A stretch of DNA of 64,000 nucleotides from Abditibacteriaceae bacterium (lineage in GTDB: Bacteria; Armatimonadota; Abditibacteriia; Abditibacteriales; Abditibacteriaceae). Of the stretch, positions 1-9,027 are shown piece after piece; within the stretch, counting starts at the first letter, position 1, and each line of letters opens with the position of its first letter. The DNA lies in contig JANPJS010000312.1 in the NCBI GenBank assembly GCA_031425655.1, positions 25,062 through 89,061 of the forward strand, in the 5' to 3' direction. The translations under genes were made by a program, and so were the position numbers. Under the pieces are notes generated by a model. The model was not told the DNA's origin, searched no databases, and saw only the letters and a program-made list of their open reading frames with translations.

Positions 1-291
1 GCCCGGCAAAACGGCGTGCCGGCGAGTGGTGTGTTGAGCGAAGAAACTTCGACTTCAACGTGGGAAAACGCCGCCAATGCCGCCGAAATTTGTCGCGCGC
101 ACGGTTGGAAAAGTGTAATTGTGGTCAGCGAGCCGTTTCATTTGTGGCGGGCGACGCGAAATTTTGAAAAATGCGGCCTGCGAGCTTTCGCGTCGCCATC
201 GCCAAACCGCCCGTGGCGCTTGCGTTTGCAGATGACGCTGCGCGAAGTGCCGGCGGTGCTACGCGATATTCTCGTGCGCCGCGTGTGGTAG
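1..291 (+). CDS. YdcF/DUF218 family protein, 3' part (truncated by window start)
   Basis: Open frame from base 1; motifs E-x-x-S-x-S-T-x-E-N-A and V-V-S-x-x-F-H-x-x-R-A typical of DUF218. Confidence 0.75.
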   Translation, partial: ARQNGVPASGVLSEETSTSTWENAANAAEICRAHGWKSVIVVSEPFHLWRATRNFEKCGLRAFASPSPNRPWRLRLQMTLREVPAVLRDILVRRVW

Positions 292-406
292 CTGATCCCC
301 GATTGAAATCGGGGCCTATTCTTACGAAACCCGCCTGCGCGGGTTATTTCGCAGTCCGCGTAGGCGGACTTTGTTGGGGTAGACCGCGATTTCAATCGGG
401 GTCGGC
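291..406. repeat. REP/REPIN-like palindromic element (CCCCGATTGAAATCGGGG family)
   Basis: Terminal CCCCGATTGAAATCGGGG / CCGCGATTTCAATCGGGG with internal hairpin AGTCCGCGTAGGCGGACT; second copy at 18019-18134. Confidence 0.75.
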
Positions 407-470
407 TTGCGCCGTCCTCGCCGCTCCCGCAAACTTGGCTGGCCGCTTTACTTTCATTTCAGGAGGCATT

Positions 471-1442
471 ATGCCCGTTGTTGATATGTCGTTGGAACGC
501 TTGCGTGAATATCAGGGACGCAACCCCAAACCGCACGATTTTGACTTATTTTGGGATGACGCATTGGCGGAAATGCGCGCTCTCGACCCGCAAATCGAAC
601 TGGTGCCGCATCAAATTAACGCGCCTTTCGCCGAGTGTTTCGATTTATATTTCACGGGCACCGGCGGTGCGCGCGTTCACGCCAAATATCTGCGTCCGAC
701 GGCGGGCGCCGCGCCGCATCCGGCGGTTTTGCAGTTTCACGGCTATTCGGGCAGCAGCGGCGACTGGCACGACAAATTGAGTTGGATCGGGCGCGGCTAC
801 AGCGTGGCGGCATTGGATTGTCGCGGGCAGGGCGGGGCGTCCAACGATGCCGGCGGCGTGTCGGGCAACACTTTGCGCGGCCATATTATTCGCGGTTTGG
901 CCGATGCGCTGAACGGCGAGCCGCGCAAATTGTATTACCGTGACGTGTTTCTCGACACCGCTTTGCTGGCGCGCATCGTGATGGATTTCGAGGAAGTGGA
1001 TGCGCTTCGTGTCGGCGCGATGGGCGGCTCGCAGGGCGGCGGCCTGACTTTGGCCTGCGCGGCGTTAGAGCCAAAAATCAAGCTCGCGGCGCCGACGTTT
1101 CCATTTTTATGCGATTATCAGCGCGTCTGGGAAATGGATTTGGACGTGGCGGCTTATGAGGAACTGCGCCAGTGGTTTCGCCACTTTGATCCGCGCCACG
1201 AGCGCGAAGCGGACGTGTTCACTGCGCTGGGCTACATTGATAACCAACATCTCGCTGCGCGGATTCGCGCGAGGGTTCTGATGCCACTCGGTTTGATAGA
1301 CACGGTTTGCCCACCCAGCACGCAGTTCGCGGCTTTCAATAAAATCACTGCGCCCAAAGATGTGCTGATTTACCCCGATTTCGGCCACGAAGGTTTGCCC
1401 GGCGCGGGCGATATTATTTGGGATTTCATGGGGAATTTGTAA
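471..1442 (+). CDS. Acetyl xylan esterase / cephalosporin-C deacetylase (CE7)
   Basis: FHGY, DCRGQG, GGSQGG nucleophile motif, DTVCPPS, GHE; AGGAGG RBS before ATG 471 (ORF-track start 171 is too far upstream). Confidence 0.92.
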   Translation: MPVVDMSLERLREYQGRNPKPHDFDLFWDDALAEMRALDPQIELVPHQINAPFAECFDLYFTGTGGARVHAKYLRPTAGAAPHPAVLQFHGYSGSSGDWHDKLSWIGRGYSVAALDCRGQGGASNDAGGVSGNTLRGHIIRGLADALNGEPRKLYYRDVFLDTALLARIVMDFEEVDALRVGAMGGSQGGGLTLACAALEPKIKLAAPTFPFLCDYQRVWEMDLDVAAYEELRQWFRHFDPRHEREADVFTALGYIDNQHLAARIRARVLMPLGLIDTVCPPSTQFAAFNKITAPKDVLIYPDFGHEGLPGAGDIIWDFMGNL

Positions 1443-1452
1443 ATGCATACGC

Positions 1453-1496
1453 AAACAGCAACGCCCGCTTCCATGAAGAAGCGGGCGTTGCTGTTT
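1453..1496. terminator. Bidirectional intrinsic terminator
   Basis: AAACAGCAACGCCCGCTTC-loop-GAAGCGGGCGTTGCTGTTT between convergent genes. Confidence 0.75.
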
Positions 1497-1577
1497 CGGT
1501 CGTAATTCCGTCGCAACTTTTGATTTTTGCGTTGCGGTAGACGGCTACGGCGCCATGAAAACCGCTTAATCCCTTTC

Positions 1578-4500
1578 CTATTGCGCCGCTATGGTGAGCG
1601 TTCCGGCGACGATGGCGCGACCTTGCGTGTCGAGCAATTGGGGCCTTGTAATGGTCACGGTATCGCCTTTTTGCAGCGCGCCTTGATGCAAAACCAGTAA
1701 AAGGCTCTGGAAATCAAGGTCGTAACTCATGCCTTCAATGGGAACGGCTTTGCCGTTAACCGTGACGATAAAGCGATTCTTATCCGAAAGCGCGTCTTCG
1801 CTGGGACGTCCGGTGAAGCTCAGTTGCACAGCGTCTTCTTCGGCTAAAGCCCAGGCGCGCGATACCGTAATGCTCGAAGCCGCGATGCGGGACGCCGCCG
1901 GTTTGCTGATAGTAACGCTGATTTGCTTCGCGGCGGTGTTACCGGCTTTGTCGAAGGCGACGGCTTTCAGATAATACAGACCGTTCGCCAGGTCGGTGCC
2001 GGACGGTAGATATTGCGTGCAATTCCAGTTGGTTCCGTTAATAACGGTGGAAATGCCGGTTTCCTGCGGCACCCAGGTCGTGAAGCTCCATCGCTTGTTG
2101 TCGCTGGCGCGGCGAATCACCAAATCCACGCGATCAATGCCGCTTCCGCCTTCGCTGAAGGTTCCGGCAACGCTCGATAGGCCGCTCAGCGTGGCACCGT
2201 TGCCCGGAGTGGAAATGGTAACTGTGGGTGCGGTGCGATCTAATGTGAAGTTCGCCGTCCGAGTTTTGGTCAGCGTCGAATTGTCCAACGCCCGTGCGAT
2301 CAGCGTGTATTTTCCGTCCACTAATTGAGCGCCCAACGGCACGTTGTCATTCCACTGCCAAGTGCCCGAAGACGCGATGTAAGCGGCCTCCACGTAAACG
2401 CGCGTTGCTCCCCACGTTGCGCCGTTCCAGTATTCGGATGTCGTGGTGCCGGTCTTGAGACGCGAAAGCGAAACCGTCACCGAAGCGATTCCACTGCCGT
2501 TTGTGGCCGATGCAGTGCCGTTCGCGCCGGCAAAACCGGTTAGCACGGCATTGTTGGCCGGTGACGTGATGGAGATGGTTGGATACGTCAGCGGATAAGT
2601 GCGCGCCACGATTTGCAGGCCGTTAATGGGCGCTCGTGGTGAAGTGTCGCCGCTGGGGCCGGGCGTTGCGCTGAGCGTAAACGCAGCCCCGCCGAGGTTG
2701 GCGAACTTCACATAATTTCCGGTGCGATTGCTGCCATTGACGTAGCTGCCGTTGAACTGAACGCCCTGAGCATCGGTGTTTTTGTAGCTCAGGCTGCCGA
2801 TTTTGTAAACACCCGACCGCGTGGCGAAACCGTTATCGTCGTCGCAATAAACGTAAACGTCGTAGCCGTTTTGCGTAAAAGCCGCAGGCAAGGTGGAAAC
2901 CGTCACCGTGGTCGTCGTGGTGTTTCCCGTGTTGAGATAGCCCTTCATCATGCGCGCATCGCCGGCAGTTTCGGTGATAGCCGTGTTCCAAATTCCGTTA
3001 GCCGACCATGTGACCGACGCCGTGGAAACCGCGCCGCCGTTTTGTTTCAGCGCGTTCAAAGTGCCGGCTTGCGTGAGGGCATTATTCCAGTTTGAAACGC
3101 GCACGACGCCAGCCAATTCGCCTGCCGCCATCGGCGAGGGAACGCCCGCTGTTTTTCCTCCGACGAAGTCAATGCTGATCGCCATCGTCGGCGCCGTGGG
3201 AGGCGGAGCTGCCGGCTTGGCCGATACTATGTTGGAATCCGGGCCTTGTCCTGCCGCATTTGAGGCCGACACTTTATAAAAATACGTGGTGCCGTTGGTC
3301 AGGCCGGTGTTGGTGTAGGAAGCGGCCGCGACTCTGGCCGCAATAGTCGTAAAAGTTCCCGTCGCCGAAAGCGAGCGCTTGACGCTGTAAAAGGCCGCGT
3401 TCGTCACAGCGTTCCATTTCAGCACGACTTGCGTGTTGCCGGGCGTGGCCGTCAAATTGACGGGCGCGACGGGTTTCGGCTGCGCGCCAAGCAAGCCGAA
3501 AACGTGAATCTCGTTGGAAAATGTGGGCACGTAAACTTTGCCGTTGGCGACTGATACGAACGAAAATTTGGAATACAATCCCAATGCGTCGCGCCCGGCG
3601 TTTTGCTGGCTGTTCCACAATTCTCTGGATAAATCGCTGGCATCGAAGGCGCGCAGCACGCCGGGCACTGTGCCCTGATTGGCGTCGCCGGAAAAGGGCA
3701 TCAGCGACCAGATAATGCCGGTGCCGGGTGAACTTCCATAAGCCGAAAGCGAAAGAAATCCGCCCGGCATTCCATCTTCGGCTGTAAAAGTGCTTTGGGT
3801 AGCCGGTGTGATGTTGAAGCGCCCGTTGACATAGCGAAAGCCCTTCAAAAAGTCTTCTTCGCTCCAACCGTAAATCATCGGGCCAAGATTAGGGCTTTTC
3901 CAATAAACGGGCGAGCCGTGAAAATGGCCGCTGAAAGCTGGAAACGTCTGCACAATCTGGCTGTCATTGTCCGTCCGGTGCTTGCCCATATTGGCGCGAT
4001 CTATTAAGTAAAGCCAGCCGGTTTTGCCGGCGCCCACAATATAGTTGGTTCCGGGCAAAACCAGCGGCCCGGCGCTGCCTAAATCAAGGTCATAACGCTC
4101 CATTTCCTTTTCGTTCCATGGCGTGAAATAATCAAGCACATTAATCGAGGTTTTGTTGGCAGAAGCTGCGAGCTTTACGAAGCTGTCACCGTAATTTTTG
4201 CCGCCGCTATTGGCGTCGAACGTTCCGTTGCCGGTCATCACATAGATATTGCCGCTGGAATCGGCAGCGGGGCCTTGACCCGAAGCCCACAGCGTTGCGC
4301 CCTGACCATCCGGCGCGCCGCACCACGCGAACTTGCGTTGCAAAGTCGTCGCATCGTAACCCACGATCCATCCGTAAAAAGTGTCGGTCGGCGCTTCACC
4401 GGCCACAGCGCCAAAACTGAGATAAATAATGTTGTTCAGCAGCAATAAGGCGGGCCGCTGCCGCGCCAAATTCTGATTGAGCGTCATGACGCCGCCCACG

Positions 4501-5078
4501 CTGCCGATTCCGGTGCCGGGCACACTGGCGTTGACTTGCACCGATGCGGGAATGCCCGCTTTGGGCTGGCCGGTCGCGGCGTCTAAAGCGTTCAGCGTGA
4601 GAATATATTTGCCGTTGCCATCGGCCATTTTGCAGGTGGCGTAAAGCGTATTCGTGGCCGGATCAATGACCGGCGTGGCGATAACGCCATGATAATGTGT
4701 CGTGTAGCCCGCAGGCACCAGGTTGGCCCACCAAATCGGGTTGACGCGCGAAGCATCATCGGCATCGAAGGCCCACATCGTGCCCAATTCGGTGCCGACA
4801 TAAACCAAATTTCTCACGCCCAAACCCGGCACGTTCACGCCGCTGAGAACCAAAGGCTGCGACCAGATTTTGGCATCCACGCTGCGCGAAAACAGCTTGC
4901 CGAATCCACTGACCTTTACATTCGAGGTGTTAAGCGCGGCTTCGCTGAGATTGGCGCCGGTGCGCGCGACATCGTTGTGCTGCGTCAAAACGCTGACTTG
5001 TGCCGGCGCCGGGTTCTGCCAAGCTGACAGCAGCGCAGCGGCGGCAAGAATTACTTTTGTTAATAGATGATGTTTCAT
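1578..5078 (-). CDS. Secreted PQQ-like beta-propeller protein with FN3 and bacterial Ig-like domains
   Basis: Signal peptide; VLTQHNDVARTG start, DLDLGSAGP and VANGKVYVPT motifs of this propeller family; FN3 (YTNTGLTNGTTYFYKVSA); Ig-like repeats (PTISITSP, AFDKAGN). Confidence 0.7.
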   Translation of the reverse strand: MKHHLLTKVILAAAALLSAWQNPAPAQVSVLTQHNDVARTGANLSEAALNTSNVKVSGFGKLFSRSVDAKIWSQPLVLSGVNVPGLGVRNLVYVGTELGTMWAFDADDASRVNPIWWANLVPAGYTTHYHGVIATPVIDPATNTLYATCKMADGNGKYILTLNALDAATGQPKAGIPASVQVNASVPGTGIGSVGGVMTLNQNLARQRPALLLLNNIIYLSFGAVAGEAPTDTFYGWIVGYDATTLQRKFAWCGAPDGQGATLWASGQGPAADSSGNIYVMTGNGTFDANSGGKNYGDSFVKLAASANKTSINVLDYFTPWNEKEMERYDLDLGSAGPLVLPGTNYIVGAGKTGWLYLIDRANMGKHRTDNDSQIVQTFPAFSGHFHGSPVYWKSPNLGPMIYGWSEEDFLKGFRYVNGRFNITPATQSTFTAEDGMPGGFLSLSAYGSSPGTGIIWSLMPFSGDANQGTVPGVLRAFDASDLSRELWNSQQNAGRDALGLYSKFSFVSVANGKVYVPTFSNEIHVFGLLGAQPKPVAPVNLTATPGNTQVVLKWNAVTNAAFYSVKRSLSATGTFTTIAARVAAASYTNTGLTNGTTYFYKVSASNAAGQGPDSNIVSAKPAAPPPTAPTMAISIDFVGGKTAGVPSPMAAGELAGVVRVSNWNNALTQAGTLNALKQNGGAVSTASVTWSANGIWNTAITETAGDARMMKGYLNTGNTTTTTVTVSTLPAAFTQNGYDVYVYCDDDNGFATRSGVYKIGSLSYKNTDAQGVQFNGSYVNGSNRTGNYVKFANLGGAAFTLSATPGPSGDTSPRAPINGLQIVARTYPLTYPTISITSPANNAVLTGFAGANGTASATNGSGIASVTVSLSRLKTGTTTSEYWNGATWGATRVYVEAAYIASSGTWQWNDNVPLGAQLVDGKYTLIARALDNSTLTKTRTANFTLDRTAPTVTISTPGNGATLSGLSSVAGTFSEGGSGIDRVDLVIRRASDNKRWSFTTWVPQETGISTVINGTNWNCTQYLPSGTDLANGLYYLKAVAFDKAGNTAAKQISVTISKPAASRIAASSITVSRAWALAEEDAVQLSFTGRPSEDALSDKNRFIVTVNGKAVPIEGMSYDLDFQSLLLVLHQGALQKGDTVTITRPQLLDTQGRAIVAGTLTIAAQ

Positions 5079-5158
5079 GTTGATTCCTGACGAACAACTC
5101 CGCTATGCGGGATTATTGCCAAGCAAAGATACGCAAAGTTTTGTTCGCTTAAATGGGC

Positions 5159-5989
5159 TTAAATAATGAAGCGATCCGGGTCGAAACCTGCGGTTTTGAA
5201 TTCGGCGGTTGCGCGCCGCGAAAAGCGCATCGGATCGTCTTCGTAGGTTTGCGAAACTTGCAAGAAAAGCTCCACAACACGCGGCAAAGCCAGCGCCATC
5301 GCTTCGAGAACTTCGCTTTGAGTCAAAGGATGCGGCGCGATGCCGGCGGCGAAATTCGTCACGATGGAAACGCCCGCGTAAGAAATGCCGGCTTCGCGCG
5401 CGAGGGTGACTTCGGGCACGCCGGTCATGCCGACCACATCGCCCCATTGGGAAAAAACGCGGATTTCCGCCGGTGTCTCGAAGCGTGGGCCTTCGGCGCA
5501 AACGTAGGTGCCGCCGTCGTGCAAAGCGAGGCCGAGTTGAGATGCGCCATCCAAAAGCAGCGTCCGCAAATTCGGGCAATAAGGCTGTGTAACGTCAATA
5601 TGCACGGCGCCGAAATCGAAGAACGTCTTGGCGCGTGAAACCGTGCAGTCAATGAATTGGTCGAGCAAAACTAAGGTGCCGGGCGGCCACTCTCGGCGCA
5701 TTCCGCCAACCGCCGTGGACGCGAGAATCGCCGTCACGCCGAGCTTTTTCAAAGCCGCGATATTGGCGCGATAATTCACGCGATGCGGCGGCAAATGTCG
5801 TGAAAGGTGCTGCGTTTGCGGGTCGGGGTTGGCATGGCGATGCAAAAACGCGATTTCGTGGCCCTCAAAGCGCGCCAGCGTCACTAAAACGCTGCCATGC
5901 AGTGTGGTCACGATTTCTTCGCGTGCGCCTTCGAGCGGCGAATCTTCGCCGCGCAAATCCACGCCCGTCCCCCCGATAATAGCTAACAT
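5159..5989 (-). CDS. mtnP: S-methyl-5'-thioadenosine/thioinosine phosphorylase (PNP/MTAP family)
   Basis: IIGGTG, PPHRVNYRANI, EGPRFETPAE, VVGMT-PE, VTNFAAG. Confidence 0.85.
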   Translation of the reverse strand: MLAIIGGTGVDLRGEDSPLEGAREEIVTTLHGSVLVTLARFEGHEIAFLHRHANPDPQTQHLSRHLPPHRVNYRANIAALKKLGVTAILASTAVGGMRREWPPGTLVLLDQFIDCTVSRAKTFFDFGAVHIDVTQPYCPNLRTLLLDGASQLGLALHDGGTYVCAEGPRFETPAEIRVFSQWGDVVGMTGVPEVTLAREAGISYAGVSIVTNFAAGIAPHPLTQSEVLEAMALALPRVVELFLQVSQTYEDDPMRFSRRATAEFKTAGFDPDRFII

Positions 5990-5995
5990 TTCAAG

Positions 5996-6064
5996 AGTTA
6001 TGAGTTTTGAATTTTGAGTTATGAGTTTAGTTCACTCAAAATTCATAACTTAAAACTCAAAACT
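5996..6064. repeat. Heptamer-repeat palindrome (AGTTWTG)n / (ACTCAAA)n
   Basis: Left arm agttatg agttttg aattttg agttatg, right arm actcaaa attcata acttaaa actcaaa. Confidence 0.8.
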
Positions 6065-6069
6065 GCCGT

Positions 6070-6231
6070 TCAGTCGTCGTCAATTTTTAGCTGGCGACGG
6101 AATTCGTCGGAAGCTTTGCGAATTTCGCGCATTCCTTTGCCCAACATCTTGGCGAGTTCGGGCAATTTGTCAGGGCCAAACAGCAATAGCACTAACACGA
6201 AGATAACAATAAGTTCGCCTGATCCTGGCAT
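6070..6231 (-). CDS. tatA: Twin-arginine translocase TatA/TatB subunit, 53 aa (absent from the ORF track)
   Basis: Translated by hand: MPGSGELIVIFVLVLLLFGPDKLPELAKMLGKGMREIRKASDEFRRQLKIDDD; TM helix plus FGxxKLP; GAGG RBS. Confidence 0.88.
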   Translation of the reverse strand: MPGSGELIVIFVLVLLLFGPDKLPELAKMLGKGMREIRKASDEFRRQLKIDDD

Positions 6232-6258
6232 ATTTCCTCGCGCGGCGGCGCCGCGATT

Positions 6259-7497
6259 TTATTCAATTTCCGGCCAATCCGTCATCTGGGCCACGACTTT
6301 CTGACCGGATTCCAAGCGCGTCGTGTCGGCGCAAACCACCAGCAGCGCGTTGGCGCGTGTCATGGTGGAAAGGCGTCCGCTGCCTTGATCCCCGGTTAAA
6401 TTCGCTTTCCAGCCATCGCCATCGGGCGCAACCAAAGCGCGCACGAATTCGACTTTGCCCGCTGGAGATTTCAACGGCGCGTCTAATTTTGCGGTTACCT
6501 CAACGCGCCGCAGCGCACGACGGCCCAGCATTTTTAAAAGCGCGGGCCGCACGAACTGCTCGAACGTCACCATCACCGACACAGGATTGCCCGGCAAGCC
6601 GAAAACCGGGACAGTGCGCCCGTCGCTTTTCCATCCGGCAAACATCACAGGCTTGCCCGGTTTCATGGCGATTTTCCAGAAATGCACCGTTGCCTGAGCC
6701 AGCAGCACGTCGCGCACCGGATCGAAATCACCCATCGAAACGCCGCCCGAAGTCACGATGGCATCGCTGCACAGTGCGGCTTCTCGCAACGCTTTTTCAA
6801 ACTCGCCTGTGTCGTCGCCGACGTGCATGAGGCCGGCTTCAGCGCCCGCCGCCTGCACTAAGGCGCTCAGCGTGAACGAATTGGAATCACGAATTTGGCC
6901 CGGTTTCAATGGCTCGCCGGGCGAAACCAGTTCGTCGCCCGTCGTCAAAATCGTCACGCGAGGACGGGAAAAAACTTCGACCTGCGCTTGATTCAAACTC
7001 GCCAGCATTCCCCATTCGGCAGCCCGCACGACGCTTCCGGCCCGCAAAACCGTTTCGCCTCGTCGCACATCGTCGCCGGCGCGCCGGATATTCTGGCCGG
7101 GCCGCGCCGAAGCCAAAATCGCCACACTTTCAGCGTTTTCGTGCGTGTCTTCGCGCATAATCACGGCATCGGCGCCGGGCGGAATCGGCGCGCCGGTCAT
7201 AATTTTGGCGCAGGCGCCGGGTGTGACTTCAACTTGGGAAAAATCTCCCGCCGCGATAGTCTGGACGACGCGCAAAGTGACCGGCGAATTTTCCGAGGCG
7301 GCTTGCACATCAGCGGCGCGCAGAGCGTAGCCGTCCATCGCGGAATTGTCGAAGGGCGGCAAATCAAGCTCGCTCCTGATGTCGCGCGCCAAAGTTTGGC
7401 CCAGCGCATCGGCGTGTGGAATGGTGCGCGCCGTTAAAGTCTGAATATTTTCGAGGATGATTTGCAGCGCCTCATCGGGCGTTACCATTTGGCGCAT
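6259..7497 (-). CDS. moeA: Molybdopterin molybdotransferase
   Basis: PPFDNSAMDGYA, IMTGAPIP, TGDEL, SGGVSMGDFD, MKPGKP, GLPGNPVS. Confidence 0.95.
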   Translation of the reverse strand: MRQMVTPDEALQIILENIQTLTARTIPHADALGQTLARDIRSELDLPPFDNSAMDGYALRAADVQAASENSPVTLRVVQTIAAGDFSQVEVTPGACAKIMTGAPIPPGADAVIMREDTHENAESVAILASARPGQNIRRAGDDVRRGETVLRAGSVVRAAEWGMLASLNQAQVEVFSRPRVTILTTGDELVSPGEPLKPGQIRDSNSFTLSALVQAAGAEAGLMHVGDDTGEFEKALREAALCSDAIVTSGGVSMGDFDPVRDVLLAQATVHFWKIAMKPGKPVMFAGWKSDGRTVPVFGLPGNPVSVMVTFEQFVRPALLKMLGRRALRRVEVTAKLDAPLKSPAGKVEFVRALVAPDGDGWKANLTGDQGSGRLSTMTRANALLVVCADTTRLESGQKVVAQMTDWPEIE

Positions 7498-7517
7498 GAG
7501 AAGAGTTGATCGGAGGT

Positions 7518-7961
7518 TTATTGGCCCGGCGCATCGCCCGATAATCGGCTGCCACCTTCGGCATAGTATCGTGCGAGATCATCGAGATCGTCCATCGCTG
7601 GGTCGGGAACCGGCGGCGCCACGCCCGGCTGCGGCAGGTCATCGCGCGATTCTTTGGGATGCGAAAAGGCGTGGCGCTGCAAATAAAACGCGTAAGCCAA
7701 ACCGAACAAAAACATCACTTCGCTAAAACGCGATAATTGAAAGCGATGCAGACCGCCCCACTCGAAGCTTTCAGCCATGCGCAGCGCCAGCGTAAACGCA
7801 AAAAGCACGCTGGAAATGCACAAAATGCGCCACGAATGCCCAACTTGAGCCGTGCGCAGCAAGCGATACATATCAATTGCCAGCACGGCGGCAACGACAC
7901 TGAAAGCAAACGACAGCAGCGTGAGAAATTGCAGGTAAGCGGCGTTGATATTGTCCAGCAT
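7518..7961 (-). CDS. Hypothetical membrane protein (about 3 TM helices)
   Basis: Hydrophobic segments and acidic tail; co-oriented between ispE and moeA; ATG at 7961. Confidence 0.6.
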   Translation of the reverse strand: MLDNINAAYLQFLTLLSFAFSVVAAVLAIDMYRLLRTAQVGHSWRILCISSVLFAFTLALRMAESFEWGGLHRFQLSRFSEVMFLFGLAYAFYLQRHAFSHPKESRDDLPQPGVAPPVPDPAMDDLDDLARYYAEGGSRLSGDAPGQ

Positions 7962-8001
7962 GAAAGGTTCCCGGCACAGGTTTGCTTGCCTGTATGCTAT
8001 T

Positions 8002-8916
8002 TTAACCCGCTTTCTCTTCGCCGGAAAACCGCACTGCCTGGTCACAGAGCGGAATTGCGGCCACGAACTCTAAATTCAGCTTGTCACGCTGGTTTTCGAG
8101 GTGCGAAACCGCTTTGCGCGCCGCGTTTTCACTGTCGAAAATGCCGAACACCGCCGAGCCGCTCCCTGTCATTTCAGCGCCCAAAGCGCCGTGTTCGAGC
8201 AAGAGATTTTTTAATTGGCCGATGTCGAGGCCGAGATGTTGTGCTGCCGGCGTCAGGTCGTTGCCCAACACTTTCGCCGCCTGTGTTAAGTCGCCGGAGC
8301 GCAGGCAATCCAGCATTCGCGGCGTATGCGCGCTCACAGGCGTTTTCACGAGGCAAACTTCGTCCCACGCTCGAAAAACCGCAGGCGTGGACAATTTTTG
8401 CGGCGGCTGCACGACGACGATCCAGCCCGATAAATCAGGCAAAGGCGACAGTTTTTCACCGATGCCTTCCATTAAAGCGCAGCCACCTTCGAGAAACAGC
8501 GGCACGTCGGCCCCGACCTTCGCGGCTACGAGGTGCAGCGATTTTTCGTCGAGCAAATTCTGGCAGTGGCGGTTAAGCGCTAACAAAGTCGCCGCCGCGT
8601 TGCCGCTGCCGCCGCCCAGTCCGGCGCCCATTGGAATGCGCTTTTCGACATGGATTTGCACGCCGTTAAACTTGTTTTGTCCCAATTTTTCGGCGGCTTC
8701 TCGCCACAGGCGCAGGGCTTTCCAACACAAATTATCTTCGTTGGCAAGGTGTTTTAAATTGCAGGTAATCTCGAATTCGGGCTGGAAATCGAAGGTCAGG
8801 GTGTCCCACAGGCCGATGGTGTGAATCACGCTTTGCAACGCGTGATAGCCATCGCTGCGGCGCGATAAAACATCTAATGTAAGGTTGATTTTGGCTGACG
8901 ATTGAACAGTTATCAC
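8002..8916 (-). CDS. ispE: 4-diphosphocytidyl-2-C-methyl-D-erythritol kinase
   Basis: AKINLTL, DGYH, IPMGAGLGGGSGNAA, GADVP, MTGSGS. Confidence 0.95.
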   Translation of the reverse strand: MITVQSSAKINLTLDVLSRRSDGYHALQSVIHTIGLWDTLTFDFQPEFEITCNLKHLANEDNLCWKALRLWREAAEKLGQNKFNGVQIHVEKRIPMGAGLGGGSGNAAATLLALNRHCQNLLDEKSLHLVAAKVGADVPLFLEGGCALMEGIGEKLSPLPDLSGWIVVVQPPQKLSTPAVFRAWDEVCLVKTPVSAHTPRMLDCLRSGDLTQAAKVLGNDLTPAAQHLGLDIGQLKNLLLEHGALGAEMTGSGSAVFGIFDSENAARKAVSHLENQRDKLNLEFVAAIPLCDQAVRFSGEEKAG

Positions 8917-9027
8917 GCCGGGAGTTTACGAATCAGCACAACGTCATGCCGCAAAAGGAGCTTTGCGGCTGATGTGGAGCAGCGGAGCGGGGCATCAGCC
9001 CCGCTATGAAAGGCATCGCCGTCCACG

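Noticed and set aside
171..470. N-terminal extension of the CE7 esterase ORF
   Set aside because: It runs through the upstream gene and a REP element; a clear RBS precedes ATG 471.
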